In this document: in pieces, positions 8,004 to 21,988 of the stretch
How the letters are laid out: every line of letters starts with the position of its first letter
Position numbering within the stretch: position 1 is the first letter of the stretch
Assembly: GCA_002189035.1 (NCBI GenBank)
Contig: NEEC01000458.1
Span: 1-23,517 of the forward strand
Length of the DNA stretch: 23,517 nt
From: Utricularia gibba
Taxonomy: Eukaryota > Plantae > Magnoliophyta
Direction: 5' to 3'
Program-made: the position numbers and the translations under genes
The notes under the pieces: generated by a model
Seen by the model: only the letters and a program-made list of their open reading frames with translations
Database searches by the model: none
What the model was told of the DNA's origin: nothing

Positions 8004-9439
8004 GATTAGAGATGGGCCTGGGTTGGATCCATTCAGGTTCGGACCCAACCCGATGAAATTCTGGGTATTACAGTTTGCATGACCCATGGGGTTGTCTTTC
8101 TGTTCAACCCGAACGGGTTAAACCCTACGGGTTTTGATTGGGCCCGAACCGAACCAAGGGTTTATCAATTTTATTTTTATTTTTTGGCTTATTGTATTTT
8201 ATGGTTGTTTTCTTTTTTTCCACGGCCGTATGGCCTTGTGGCTGCTGCTCGAGCACGCGGGCATTAACCAAGCCCATGTGGCCTCGTGGTGCTGCTGCGT
8301 ATGCACACGGGCTGGGGGTCGCGCCGGGCATGAGCCCAAAGTCAGTTTTAGCCCGGCGAAAAAAGGGATGCATTTCTTAGCGTTGGGTTATCACGAGCCG
8401 CCTAATTTTTTTTCGTGGAACACCATCTAGTTTTGTGGGGGGGCGCTCTCGAGGGGCCCTTGGCTTGGGCCCCGGGTTCGGTCTGGCTGATGAGCCCACT
8501 CTGGTCCCACTCGGCGAAAATCGTGACACATTTGTTGAAATTAGGATGTCACGTGCACCCAACACGGTTTTTTCAACAACACGCTTTATACTTGTGGAGA
8601 CGCTCTCGGGGGGCACTCGAATCTTCCCATACGTCGTACCAGGCTCGAGCGTAAAGTCATTGTAGCCCGGCAAAGAAAGTGATGCATTTATTAACTTTGG
8701 GTTGTCACGAGCCGCCTAAATGGTTTTCCATGGAACACCTTCTAGTTTTGGGGGGGAGGGGAGCGGGCGCTGCGCCTCGTCCGGGCCCCGGGAGCCCGGT
8801 CCCGTCCGACTCGACGAAAATCGTGATGCATTTGTTGAAGTTAGGATGTCACGAGAACCGCACACGGTTTTTTTCAACAACACACTTTATACTTAAGGAG
8901 GAGCTCTCGGTGGGGCACCCTGATCGAGCCGGAGGTCGTGCCGAACTCAGGCCCAAAGTCAGCAGTAGCGCGCCAAAAAAAGTGATGCATTTATTAACGT
9001 TGGGTTGTGACGAGACGCGTATATGGTTTTTGAAGGAACACCTCCTCGTATTGAGGCGGGCGCTCTCGAGGGGCCCTTGGCCCGGGCCCCGGGTTCGGAC
9101 GGGCTCATGGGCCCACTCGACGAAAATCATGATGCATTTGTTGAAATTGGGATGTCACGTGCACCCCACATTTGTTGAGCGAGGACGGCCAATTTTAGAG
9201 ACTCGATGGGCCATTCTTCGATCAGCGTCCTACTATCTAGTTCAAACTCAAAGTCACATTATTCTTGCACAATTTCGTATGAATGAATATGGGATATGAT
9301 CCGTTGGAAGCCCAAGTGTTAGAGAATTTTACTGAATCTGCTGAGCAAGGGGTTGTGAGTTCATAACAGCTGTTGAAACCTCTCCAGGGTGGTGTGCGTG
9401 GCGTGATGAGCTTTCTACAATGACAAAAAAAATATTTTT

Positions 9440-10337
9440 ATAATCATGTGATATATGTTTATTAAAATATAAATAATGTAAATACGTTAGTTATTAAAGC
9501 ATATACTACATGTGAAAGTTTCTTAGTTTTTAATTTTATTAGCATTCGACCCTTAGTTATACTTTGGATGGAGTGTGCATTTTTATTTAATCATTTTAAT
9601 TAGCATTCGATCCTTGGTTAAGATTCCAATCGAGTGTATATTTTTTATTTGAACGATTCTATTTGCATTCGATTCTAAGATATGATGCGGATCGAGCGTA
9701 TATTTTTTATTTTAATATTTTTATTGGCTTTCGGTCTTTAGACATGATTCGGATCGAGTGGAGATGGTTTACTTGAAACTTGTGTTAACGCTCGATCCTT
9801 AGGAGCAATGTGGAGCGTGTTTACATTGCAAGGGCACACGGGCGTGGGTTGTGCGTAAACCACGCCCGTGTGGCATGGCATTGTAATGTATACACGTTCT
9901 AAATTGCTCCTAACGGTGGAACGCTAATTAAGATTTAAAATAAATGAATATGCACTCGATCCAAAGTATACCTAAGGATCTAAGGCTAATAAAAATATGA
10001 GAGTGAAAAATATACGCTCGATCCGCAGCATACCTAACGTTCGAATGCTAATAAAAAATATTAAAATAAAAAATACGCGCTCGATCCGCATTATACTTAA
10101 GGATCGAATGATAATAAAAATATTTAAAGTAAAAAAATAGCAAATATGATCTGAATCATAACCAAGGATCGAATGCTAATTAAATTGACTAAAGTAAAAA
10201 TACACACTCCATCCAAAGTACAACTGAGGATCAAATGGTAATAATTAAGTCAAAGAAGCTTTCACAGTTATCCTACGGTTTAATAAATAATGTATTTCAA
10301 TTATTTATAATTTAATAAACCTATATCATATGATTAT
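9440..10337. mobile_element. Foldback-type element, copy 5
   Basis: Same sequence as 127-1023; ends located directly. Confidence 0.75.
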
Positions 10338-11771
10338 GATTAGAGATGGGCCTGGGTTGGATCCATTCAGGTTCGGACCCAACCCGATGAAATTCTGGGT
10401 ATTACAGTTTGCATGACCCATGGGGTTGTCTTTCTGTTCAACCCGAACGGGTTAAACCCTACGGGTTTTGATTGGGCCCGAACCGAACCAAGGGTTTATC
10501 AATTTTATTTTTATTTTTGGCTTATTGTATTTTATGGTTGTTTTTCTTTTTTTCCACGGCCGTATGGCCTTGTGGCTGCTGCTCGAGCACGCGGGCATTA
10601 ACCAAGCCCATGTGGCCTCGTGGTGCTGCTGCGTATGCACACGGGCTGGGGGTCGCGCCGGGCATGAGCCCAAAGTCAGTTTTAGCCCGGCGAAAAAAGG
10701 GATGCATTTCTTAGCGTTGGGTTATCACGAGCCGCCTAATTTTTTTTCGTGGAACACCATCTAGTTTTGTGGGGGGGCGCTCTCGAGGGGCCCTTGGCTT
10801 GGGCCCCGGGTTCGGTCTGGCTGATGAGCCCACTCTGGTCCCACTCGGCGAAAATCGTGACACATTTGTTGAAATTAGGATGTCACGTGCACCCAACACG
10901 GTTTTTTCAACAACACGCTTTATACTTGTGGAGACGCTCTCGGGGGGCACTCGAATCTTCCCATACGTCGTACCAGGCTCGAGCGTAAAGTCATTGTAGC
11001 CCGGCAAAGAAAGTGATGCATTTATTAACTTTGGGTTGTCACGAGCCGCCTAAATGGTTTTCCATGGAACACCTTCTAGTTTTGGGGGGGAGGGGAGCGG
11101 GCGCTGCGCCTCGTCCGGGCCCCGGGAGCCCGGTCCCGTCCGACTCGACGAAAATCGTGATGCATTTGTTGAAGTTAGGATGTCACGAGAACCGCACACG
11201 GTTTTTTCAACAACACACTTTATACTTAAGGAGGAGCTCTCGGGGGGCACCCTGATCGAGCCGGAGGTCGTGCCGAACTCAGGCCCAAAGTCAGCAGTAG
11301 CGCGCCAAAAAAAGTGATGCATTTATTAACGTTGGGTTGTGACGAGACGCGTATATGGTTTTTGAAGGAACACCTCCTCGTATTGAGGCGGGCGCTCTCG
11401 AGGGGCCCTTGGCCCGGGCCCCGGGTTCGGACGGGCTCATGGGCCCACTCGACGAAAATCATGATGCATTTGTTGAAATTGGGATGTCACGTGCACCCCA
11501 CATTTGTTGAGCGAGGACGGCCAATTTTAGAGACTCGATGGGCCATTCTTCGATCAGCGTCCTACTATCTAGTTCAAACTCAAAGTCACATTATTCTTGC
11601 ACAATTTCGTATGAATGAATATGGGATATGATCCGTTGGAAGCCCAAGTGTTAGAGAATTTTACTGAATCTGCTGAGCAAGGGGTTGTGAGTTCATAACA
11701 GCTGTTGAAACCTCTCCAGGGTGGTGTGCGTGGCGTGATGAGCTTTCTACAATGACAAAAAAAATATTTTT

Positions 11772-12669
11772 ATAATCATGTGATATATGTTTATTAAAAT
11801 ATAAATAATGTAAATACGTTAGTTATTAAAGCATATACTACATGTGAAAGTTTCTTAGTTTTTAATTTTATTAGCATTCGACCCTTAGTTATACTTTGGA
11901 TGGAGTGTGCATTTTTATTTTAATCATTTTAATTAGCATTCGATCCTTGGTTAAGATTCCAATCGAGTGTATATTTTTTATTTGAACGATTCTATTTGCA
12001 TTCGATTCTAAGATATGATGCGGATCGAGCGTATATTTTTTATTTTAATATTTTTATTGGCTTTCGGTCTTTAGACATGATTCGGATCGAGTGGAGATGG
12101 TTTACTTGAAACTTGTGTTAACGCTCGATCCTTAGGAGCAATGTGGAGCGTGTTTACATTGCAAGGGCACACGGGCGTGGGTTGTGCGTAAACCACGCCC
12201 GTGTGGCATGGCATTGTAATGTATACACGTTCTAAATTGCTCCTAACGGTGGAACGCTAATTAAGATTTAAAATAAATGAATATGCACTCGATCCAAAGT
12301 ATACCTAAGGATCTAAGGCTAATAAAAATATGAGAGTGAAAAATATACGCTCGATCCGCAGCATACCTAACGTTCGAATGCTAATAAAAAATATTAAAAT
12401 AAAAAATACGCGCTCGATCCGCATTATACTTAAGGATCGAATGATAATAAAATATTTAAAGTAAAAAAATAGCAAATATGATCTGAATCATAACCAAGGA
12501 TCGAATGCTAATTAAATTGACTAAAGTAAAAATACACACTCCATCCAAAGTACAACTGAGGATCAAATGGTAATAATTAAGTCAAAGAAGCTTTCACAGT
12601 TATCCTACGGTTTAATAAATAATGTATTTCAATTATTTATAATTTAATAAACCTATATCATATGATTAT
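11772..12669. mobile_element. Foldback-type element, copy 6
   Basis: Same sequence as 127-1023; ends located directly. Confidence 0.75.
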
Positions 12670-14104
12670 GATTAGAGATGGGCCTGGGTTGGATCCATTC
12701 AGGTTCGGACCCAACCCGATGAAATTCTGGGTATTACAGTTTGCATGACCCATGGGGTTGTCTTTCTGTTCAACCCGAACGGGTTAAACCCTACGGGTTT
12801 TGATTGGGCCCGAACCGAACCAAGGGTTTATCAATTTTATTTTTTATTTTTGGCTTATTGTATTTATGGTTGTTTTTCTTTTTTTCCACGGCCGTATGGC
12901 CTTGTGGCTGCTGCTCGAGCACGCGGGCATTAACCAAGCCCATGTGGCCTCGTGGTGCTGCTGCGTATGCACACGGGCTGGGGGTCGCGCCGGGCATGAG
13001 CCCAAAGTCAGTTTTAGCCCGGCGAAAAAAGGGATGCATTTCTTAGCGTTGGGTTATCACGAGCCGCCTAATTTTTTTTCGTGGAACACCATCTAGTTTT
13101 GTGGGGGGGCGCTCTCGAGGGGCCCTTGGCTTGGGCCCCGGGTTCGGTCTGGCTGATGAGCCCACTCTGGTCCCACTCGGCGAAAATCGTGACACATTTG
13201 TTGAAATTAGGATGTCACGTGCACCCAACACGGTTTTTTCAACAACACGCTTTATACTTGTGGAGACGCTCTCGGGGGGCACTCGAATCTTCCCATACGT
13301 CGTACCAGGCTCGAGCGTAAAGTCATTGTAGCCCGGCAAAGAAAGTGATGCATTTATTAACTTTGGGTTGTCACGAGCCGCCTAAATGGTTTTCCATGGA
13401 ACACCTTCTAGTTTTGGGGGGGAGGGGAGCGGGCGCTGCGCCTCGTCCGGCCCCGGGAGCCCGGTCCCGTCCGACTCGACGAAAATCGTGATGCATTTGT
13501 TGAAGTTAGGATGTCACGAGAACCGCACACGGTTTTTTTCAACAACACACTTTATACTTAAGGAGGAGCTCTCGGTGGGGCACCCTGATCGAGCCGGAGG
13601 TCGTGCCGAACTCAGGCCCAAAGTCAGCAGTAGCGCGCCAAAAAAAGTGATGCATTTATTAACGTTGGGTTGTGACGAGACGCGTATATGGTTTTTGAAG
13701 GAACACCTCCTCGTATTGAGGCGGGCGCTCTCGAGGGGCCCTTGGCCCGGGCCCCGGGTTCGGACGGGCTCATGGGCCCACTCGACGAAAATCATGATGC
13801 ATTTGTTGAAATTGGGATGTCACGTGCACCCCACATTTGTTGAGCGAGGACGGCCAATTTTAGAGACTCGATGGGCCATTCTTCGATCAGCGTCCTACTA
13901 TCTAGTTCAAACTCAAAGTCACATTATTCTTGCACAATTTCGTATGAATGAATATGGGATATGATCCGTTGGAAGCCCAAGTGTTAGAGAATTTTACTGA
14001 ATCTGCTGAGCAAGGGGTTGTGAGTTCATAACAGCTGTTGAAACCTCTCCAGGGTGGTGTGCGTGGCGTGATGAGCTTTCTACAATGACAAAAAAAATAT
14101 TTTT

Positions 14105-15000
14105 ATAATCATGTGATATGTTTATTAAAATATAAATAATGTAAATACGTTAGTTATTAAAGCATATACTACATGTGAAAGTTTCTTAGTTTTTAATTTT
14201 ATTAGCATTCGACCCTTAGTTATACTTTGGATGGAGTGTGCATTTTTATTTTAATCATTTTAATTAGCATTCGATCCTTGGTTAAGATTCCAATCGAGTG
14301 TATTTTTTTATTTGAACGATTCTATTTGCATTCGATTCTAAGATATGATGCGGATCGAGCGTATATTTTTTATTTTAATATTTTTATTGGCTTTCGGTCT
14401 TTAGACATGATTCGGATCGAGTGGAGATGGTTTACTTGAAACTTGTGTTAACGCTCGATCCTTAGGAGCAATGTGGAGCGTGTTTACATTGCAAGGGCAC
14501 ACGGGCGTGGGTTGTGCGTAAACCACGCCCGTGTGGCATGGCATTGTAATGTATACACGTTCTAAATTGCTCCTAACGGTGGAACGCTAATTAAGATTTA
14601 AAATAAATGAATATGCACTCGATCCAAAGTATACCTAAGGATCTAAGGCTAATAAAAATATGAGAGTGAAAAATATACGCTCGATCCGCAGCATACCTAA
14701 CGTTCGAATGCTAATAAAAAATATTAAAATAAAAAATACGCGCTCGATCCGCATTATACTTAAGGATCGAATGATAATAAAAATATTTAAAGTAAAAAAA
14801 TAGCAAATATGATCTGAATCATAACCAAGGATCGAATGCTAATTAAATTGACTAAAGTAAAAATACACACTCCATCCAAAGTACAACTGAGGATCAAATG
14901 GTAATAATTAAGTCAAAGAAGCTTTCACAGTTATCCTACGGTTTAATAAATAATGTATTTCAATTATTTATAATTTAATAAACCTATATCATATGATTAT
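14105..15000. mobile_element. Foldback-type element, copy 7
   Basis: Same sequence as 127-1023; ends located directly. Confidence 0.75.
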
Positions 15001-16437
15001 GATTAGAGATGGGCCTGGGTTGGATCCATTCAGGTTCGGACCCAACCCGATGAAATTCTGGGTATTACAGTTTGCATGACCCATGGGGTTGTCTTTCTGT
15101 TCAACCCGAACGGGTTAAACCCTACGGGTTTTGATTGGGCCCGAACCGAACCAAGGGTTTATCAATTTTATTTTTATTTTTGGCTTATTGTATTTTATGG
15201 TTGTTTTTCTTTTTTTCCACGGCCGTATGGCCTTGTGGCTGCTGCTCGAGCACGCGGGCATTAACCAAGCCCATGTGGCCTCGTGGTGCTGCTGCGTATG
15301 CACACGGGCTGGGGGTCGCGCCGGGCATGAGCCCAAAGTCAGTTTTAGCCCGGCGAAAAAAGGGATGCATTTCTTAGCGTTGGGTTATCACGAGCCGCCT
15401 AATTTTTTTTCGTGGAACACCATCTAGTTTTGTGGGGGGGCGCTCTCGAGGGCCCTTGGCTTGGGCCCCGGGTTCGGTCTGGCTGATGAGCCCACTCTGG
15501 TCCCACTCGGCGAAAATCGTGACACATTTGTTGAAATTAGGATGTCACGTGCACCCAACACGGTTTTTTCAACAACACGCTTTATACTTGTGGAGACGCT
15601 CTCGGGGGGCACTCGAATCTTCCCATACGTCGTACCAGGCTCGAGCGTAAAGTCATTGTAGCCCGGCAAAGAAAGTGATGCATTTATTAACTTTGGGTTG
15701 TCACGAGCCGCCTAAATGGTTTTCCATGGAACACCTTCTAGTTTTGGGGGGGAGGGGAGCGGGCGCTGCGCCTCGTCCGGGCCCCGGGAGCCCGGTCCCG
15801 TCCGACTCGACGAAAATCGTGATGCATTTGTTGAAGTTAGGATGTCACGAGAACCGCACACGGTTTTTTTCAACAACACACTTTATACTTAAGGAGGAGC
15901 TCTCGGTGGGGGCACCCTGATCGAGCCGGAGGTCGTGCCGAACTCAGGCCCAAAGTCAGCAGTAGCGCGCCAAAAAAAGTGATGCATTTATTAACGTTGG
16001 GTTGTGACGAGACGCGTATATGGTTTTTGAAGGAACACCTCCTCGTATTGAGGCGGGCGCTCTCGAGGGGCCCTTGGCCCGGGCCCCGGGTTCGGACGGG
16101 CTCATGGGCCCACTCGACGAAAATCATGATGCATTTGTTGAAATTGGGATGTCACGTGCACCCCACATTTGTTGAGCGAGGACGGCCAATTTTAGAGACT
16201 CGATGGGCCATTCTTCGATCAGCGTCCTACTATCTAGTTCAAACTCAAAGTCACATTATTCTTGCACAATTTCGTATGAATGAATATGGGATATGATCCG
16301 TTGGAAGCCCAAGTGTTAGAGAATTTTACTGAATCTGCTGAGCAAGGGGTTGTGAGTTCATAACAGCTGTTGAAACCTCTCCAGGGTGGTGTGCGTGGCG
16401 TGATGAGCTTTCTACAATGACAAAAAAAAATATTTTT

Positions 16438-17334
16438 ATAATCATGTGATATATGTTTATTAAAATATAAATAATGTAAATACGTTAGTTATTAAAGCAT
16501 ATACTACATGTGAAAGTTTCTTAGTTTTTAATTTTATTAGCATTCGACCCTTAGTTATACTTTGGATGGAGTGTGCATTTTTATTTTAATCATTTTAATT
16601 AGCATTCGATCCTTGGTTAAGATTCCAATCGAGTGTATATTTTTTATTTGAACGATTCTATTTGCATTCGATTCTAAGATATGATGCGGATCGAGCGTAT
16701 ATTTTTTATTTTAATATTTTTATTGGCTTTCGGTCTTTAGACATGATTCGGATCGAGTGGAGATGGTTTACTTGAAACTTGTGTTAACGCTCGATCCTTA
16801 GGAGCAATGTGGAGCGTGTTTACATTGCAAGGGCACACGGGCGTGGGTTGTGCGTAAACCACGCCCGTGTGGCATGGCATTGTAATGTATACACGTTCTA
16901 AATTGCTCCTAACGGTGGAACGCTAATTAAGATTTAAAATAAATGAATATGCACTCGATCCAAAGTATACCTAAGGATCTAAGGCTAATAAAAATATGAG
17001 AGTGAAAAATATACGCTCGATCCGCAGCATACCTAACGTTCGAATGCTAATAAAAATATTAAAATAAAAAATACGCGCTCGATCCGCATTATACTTAAGG
17101 ATCGAATGATAATAAAAATATTTAAAGTAAAAAAATAGCAAATATGATCTGAATCATAACCAAGGATCGAATGCTAATTAAATTGACTAAAGTAAAAATA
17201 CACACTCCATCCAAAGTACAACTGAGGATCAAATGGTAATAATTAAGTCAAAGAAGCTTTCACAGTTATCCTACGGTTTAATAATAATGTATTTCAATTA
17301 TTTATAATTTAATAAACCTATATCATATGATTAT
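16438..17334. mobile_element. Foldback-type element, copy 8
   Basis: Same sequence as 127-1023; ends located directly. Confidence 0.75.
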
Positions 17335-18765
17335 GATTAGAGATGGGCCTGGGTTGGATCCATTCAGGTTCGGACCCAACCCGATGAAATTCTGGGTATT
17401 ACAGTTTGCATGACCCATGGGGTTGTCTTTCTGTTCAACCCGAACGGGTTAAACCCTACGGGTTTTGATTGGGCCCGAACCGAACCAAGGGTTTATCAAT
17501 TTTATTTTTATTTTTGGCTTATTGTATTTATGGTTGTTTTCTTTTTTTTCCACGGCCGTATGGCCTTGTGGCTGCTGCTCGAGCACGCGGGCATTAACCA
17601 AGCCCATGTGGCCTCGTGGTGCTGCTGCGTATGCACACGGGCTGGGGGTCGCGCCGGGCATGAGCCCAAAGTCAGTTTTAGCCCGGCGAAAAAAGGGATG
17701 CATTTCTTAGCGTTGGGTTATCACGAGCCGCCTAATTTTTTTTCGTGGAACACCATCTAGTTTTGTGGGGGGCGCTCTCGAGGGGCCCTTGGCTTGGGCC
17801 CCGGGTTCGGTCTGGCTGATGAGCCCACTCTGGTCCCACTCGGCGAAAATCGTGACACATTTGTTGAAATTAGGATGTCACGTGCACCCAACACGGTTTT
17901 TTCAACAACACGCTTTATACTTGTGGAGACGCTCTCGGGGGGCACTCGAATCTTCCCATACGTCGTACCAGGCTCGAGCGTAAAGTCATTGTAGCCCGGC
18001 AAAGAAAGTGATGCATTTATTAACTTTGGGTTGTCACGAGCCGCCTAAATGGTTTTCCATGGAACACCTTCTAGTTTTGGGGGAGGGGAGCGGGCGCTGC
18101 GCCTCGTCCGGGCCCCGGGAGCCCGGTCCCGTCCGACTCGACGAAAATCGTGATGCATTTTTTGAAGTTAGGATGTCACGAGAACCGCACACGGTTTTTT
18201 TCAACAACACACTTTATACTTAAGGAGGAGCTCTCGGTGGGCACCCTGATCGAGCCGGAGGTCGTGCCGAACTCAGGCCCAAAGTCAGCAGTAGCGCGCC
18301 AAAAAAAGTGATGCATTTATTAACGTTGGGTTGTGACGAGACGCGTATATGGTTTTTGAAGGAACACCTCCTCGTATTGAGGCGGGCGCTCTCGAGGGGC
18401 CCTTGGCCCGGGCCCCGGGTTCGGACGGGCTCATGGGCCCACTCGACGAAAATCATGATGCATTTGTTGAAATTGGGATGTCACGTGCACCCCACATTTG
18501 TTGAGCGAGGACGGCCAATTTTAGAGACTCGATGGGCCATTCTTCGATCAGCGTCCTACTATCTAGTTCAAACTCAAAGTCACATTATTCTTGCACAATT
18601 TCGTATGAATGAATATGGGATATGATCCGTTGGAAGCCCAAGTGTTAGAGAATTTTACTGAATCTGCTGAGCAAGGGGTTGTGAGTTCATAACAGCTGTT
18701 GAAACCTCTCCAGGGTGGTGTGCGTGGCGTGATGAGCTTTCTACAATGACAAAAAAAATATTTTT

Positions 18766-19659
18766 ATAATCATGTGATATATGTTTATTAAAATATAAAT
18801 AATGTAAATACGTTAGTTATTAAAGCATATACTACATGTGAAAGTTTCTTAGTTTTTAATTTTATTAGCATTCGACCCTTAGTTATACTTTGGATGGAGT
18901 GTGCATTTTTATTTTAATCATTTTAATTAGCATTCGATCCTTGGTTAAGATTCCAATCGAGTGTATATTTTTTATTTGAACGATTCTATTTGCATTCGAT
19001 TCTAAGATATGATGCGGATCGAGCGTATATTTTTTATTTTAATATTTTTATTGGCTTTCGGTCTTTAGACATGATTCGGATCGAGTGGAGATGGTTTACT
19101 TGAAACTTGTGTTAACGCTCGATCCTTAGGAGCAATGTGGAGCGTGTTTACATTGCAAGGGCACACGGGCGTGGGTGTGCGTAAACCACGCCCGTGTGGC
19201 ATGGCATTGTAATGTATACACGTTCTAAATTGCTCCTAACGGTGGAACGCTAATTAAGATTTAAAATAAATGAATATGCACTCGATCCAAAGTATACCTA
19301 AGGATCTAAGGCTAATAAAAATATGAGAGTGAAAAATATACGCTCGATCCGCAGCATACCTAACGTTCGAATGCTAATAAAAAATATTAAAATAAAAATA
19401 CGCGCGATCCGCATTATACTTAAGGATCGAATGATAATAAAAATATTTAAAGTAAAAAAATAGCAAATATGATCTGAATCATAACCAAGGATCGAATGCT
19501 AATTAAATTGACTAAAGTAAAAATACACACTCCATCCAAAGTACAACTGAGGATCAAATGGTAATAATTAAGTCAAAGAAGCTTTCACAGTTATCCTACG
19601 GTTTAATAAATATGTATTTCAATTATTTATAATTTAATAAACCTATATCATATGATTAT
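18766..19659. mobile_element. Foldback-type element, copy 9
   Basis: Same sequence as 127-1023; ends located directly. Confidence 0.75.
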
Positions 19660-21096
19660 GATTAGAGATGGGCCTGGGTTGGATCCATTCAGGTTCGGAC
19701 CCAACCCGATGAAATTCTGGGTATTACAGTTTGCATGACCCATGGGGTTGTCTTTCTGTTCAACCCGAACGGGTTAAACCCTACGGGTTTTGATTGGGCC
19801 CGAACCGAACCAAGGGTTTATCAATTTTATTTTTTATTTTTGGCTTATTGTATTTTATGGTTGTTTTTCTTTTTTTCCACGGCCGTATGGCCTTGTGGCT
19901 GCTGCTCGAGCACGCGGGCATTAACCAAGCCCATGTGGCCTCGTGGTGCTGCTGCGTATGCACACGGGCTGGGGTCGCGCCGGGCATGAGCCCAAAGTCA
20001 GTTTTAGCCCGGCGAAAAAAGGGATGCATTTCTTAGCGTTGGGTTATCACGAGCCGCCTAATTTTTTTTCGTGGAACACCATCTAGTTTTGTGGGGGGGC
20101 GCTCTCGAGGGGCCCTTGGCTTGGGCCCCGGGTTCGGTCTGGCTGATGAGCCCACTCTGGTCCCACTCGGCGAAAATCGTGACACATTTGTTGAAATTAG
20201 GATGTCACGTGCACCCAACACGGTTTTTTCAACAACACGCTTTATACTTGTGGAGACGCTCTCGGGGGGCACTCGAATCTTCCCATACGTCGTACCAGGC
20301 TCGAGCGTAAAAGTCATTGTAGCCCGGCAAAGAAAGTGATGCATTTATTAACTTTGGGTTGTCACGAGCCGCCTAAATGGTTTTCCATGGAACACCTTCT
20401 AGTTTTGGGGGGGAGGGGAGCGGGCGCTGCGCCTCGTCCGGGCCCCGGGAGCCCGGTCCCGTCCGACTCGACGAAAATCGTGATGCATTTGTTGAAGTTA
20501 GGATGTCACGAGAACCGCACACGGTTTTTTTCAACAACACACTTTATACTTAAGGAGGAGCTCTCGGTGGGGCACCCTGATCGAGCCGGAGGTCGTGCCG
20601 AACTCAGGCCCAAAGTCAGCAGTAGGCGCCCAAAAAAAGTGATGCATTTATTAACGTTGGGTTGTGACGAGACGCGTATATGGTTTTTGAAGGAACACTC
20701 CTCGTATTGAGGCGGGCGCTCTCGAGGGGCCCTTGGCCCGGGCCCCGGTTCGGACGGGCTCATGGGCCCACTCGACGAAAATCATGATGCATTTGTTTGA
20801 AATTGGGATGTCACGTGCACCCCACATTTGTTGAGCGAGGACGGCCAATTTTAGAGACTCGATGGGCCATTCTTCGATCAGCGTCCTACTATCTAGTTCA
20901 AACTCAAAGTCACATTATTCTTGCACAATTTCGTATGAATGAATATGGGATATGATCCGTTGGAAGCCCAAGTGTTAGAGAATTTTACTGAATCTGCTGA
21001 GCAAGGGGTTGTGAGTTCATAACAGCTGTTGAAACCTCTCCAGGGTGGTGTGCGTGGCGTGATGAGCTTTCTACAATGACAAAAAAAATATTTTTT

Positions 21097-21988
21097 ATAA
21101 TCATGTGATATATGTTTATTAAAATATAAATAATGTAAATACGTTAGTTATTAAAGCATATACTACATGTGAAAGTTTCTTAGTTTTTAATTTTATTAGC
21201 ATTCGACCCTTAGTTATACTTTGGATGGAGTGTGCATTTTTATTTTAATCATTTAATTAGCATTCGATCCTTGGTTAAGATTCCAATCGAGTGTATATTT
21301 TTATTTGAACGATTCTATTTGCATTCGATTCTAAGATATGATGCGGATCGAGCGTATATTTTTTATTTTAATATTTTTATTGGCTTTCGGTCTTTAGACA
21401 TGATTCGGATCGAGTGGAGATGGTTTACTTGAAACTTGTGTTAACGCTCGATCCTTAGGAGCAATGTGGAGCGTGTTTACATTGCAAGGGCACACGGGCG
21501 TGGGTTGTGCGTAAACCACGCCCGTGTGGCATGGCATTGTAATGTATACACGTTCTAAATTGCTCCTAACGGTGGAACGCTAATTAAGATTTAAAATAAA
21601 TGAATATGCACTCGATCCAAAGTATACCTAAGGATCTAAGGCTAATAAAAATATGAGAGTGAAAAATATACGCTCGATCCGCAGCATACCTAACGTTCGA
21701 ATGCTAATAAAAAATATTAAAAAAAAATACGCGCTCGATCCGCATTATACTTAAGGATCGAATGATAATAAAAATTTAAAGTAAAAAAATAGCAAATATG
21801 ATCTGAATCATAACCAAGGATCGAATGCTAATTAAATTGACTAAAGTAAAAATACACACTCATCCAAAGTACAACTGAGGATCAAATGGTAATAATTAAG
21901 TCAAAGAAGCTTTCACAGTTATCCTACGGTTTAATAAATAATGTATTTCAATTATTTATAATTTAATAAACCTATATCATATGATTAT
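21097..21988. mobile_element. Foldback-type element, copy 10
   Basis: Same sequence as 127-1023; ends located directly. Confidence 0.75.
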
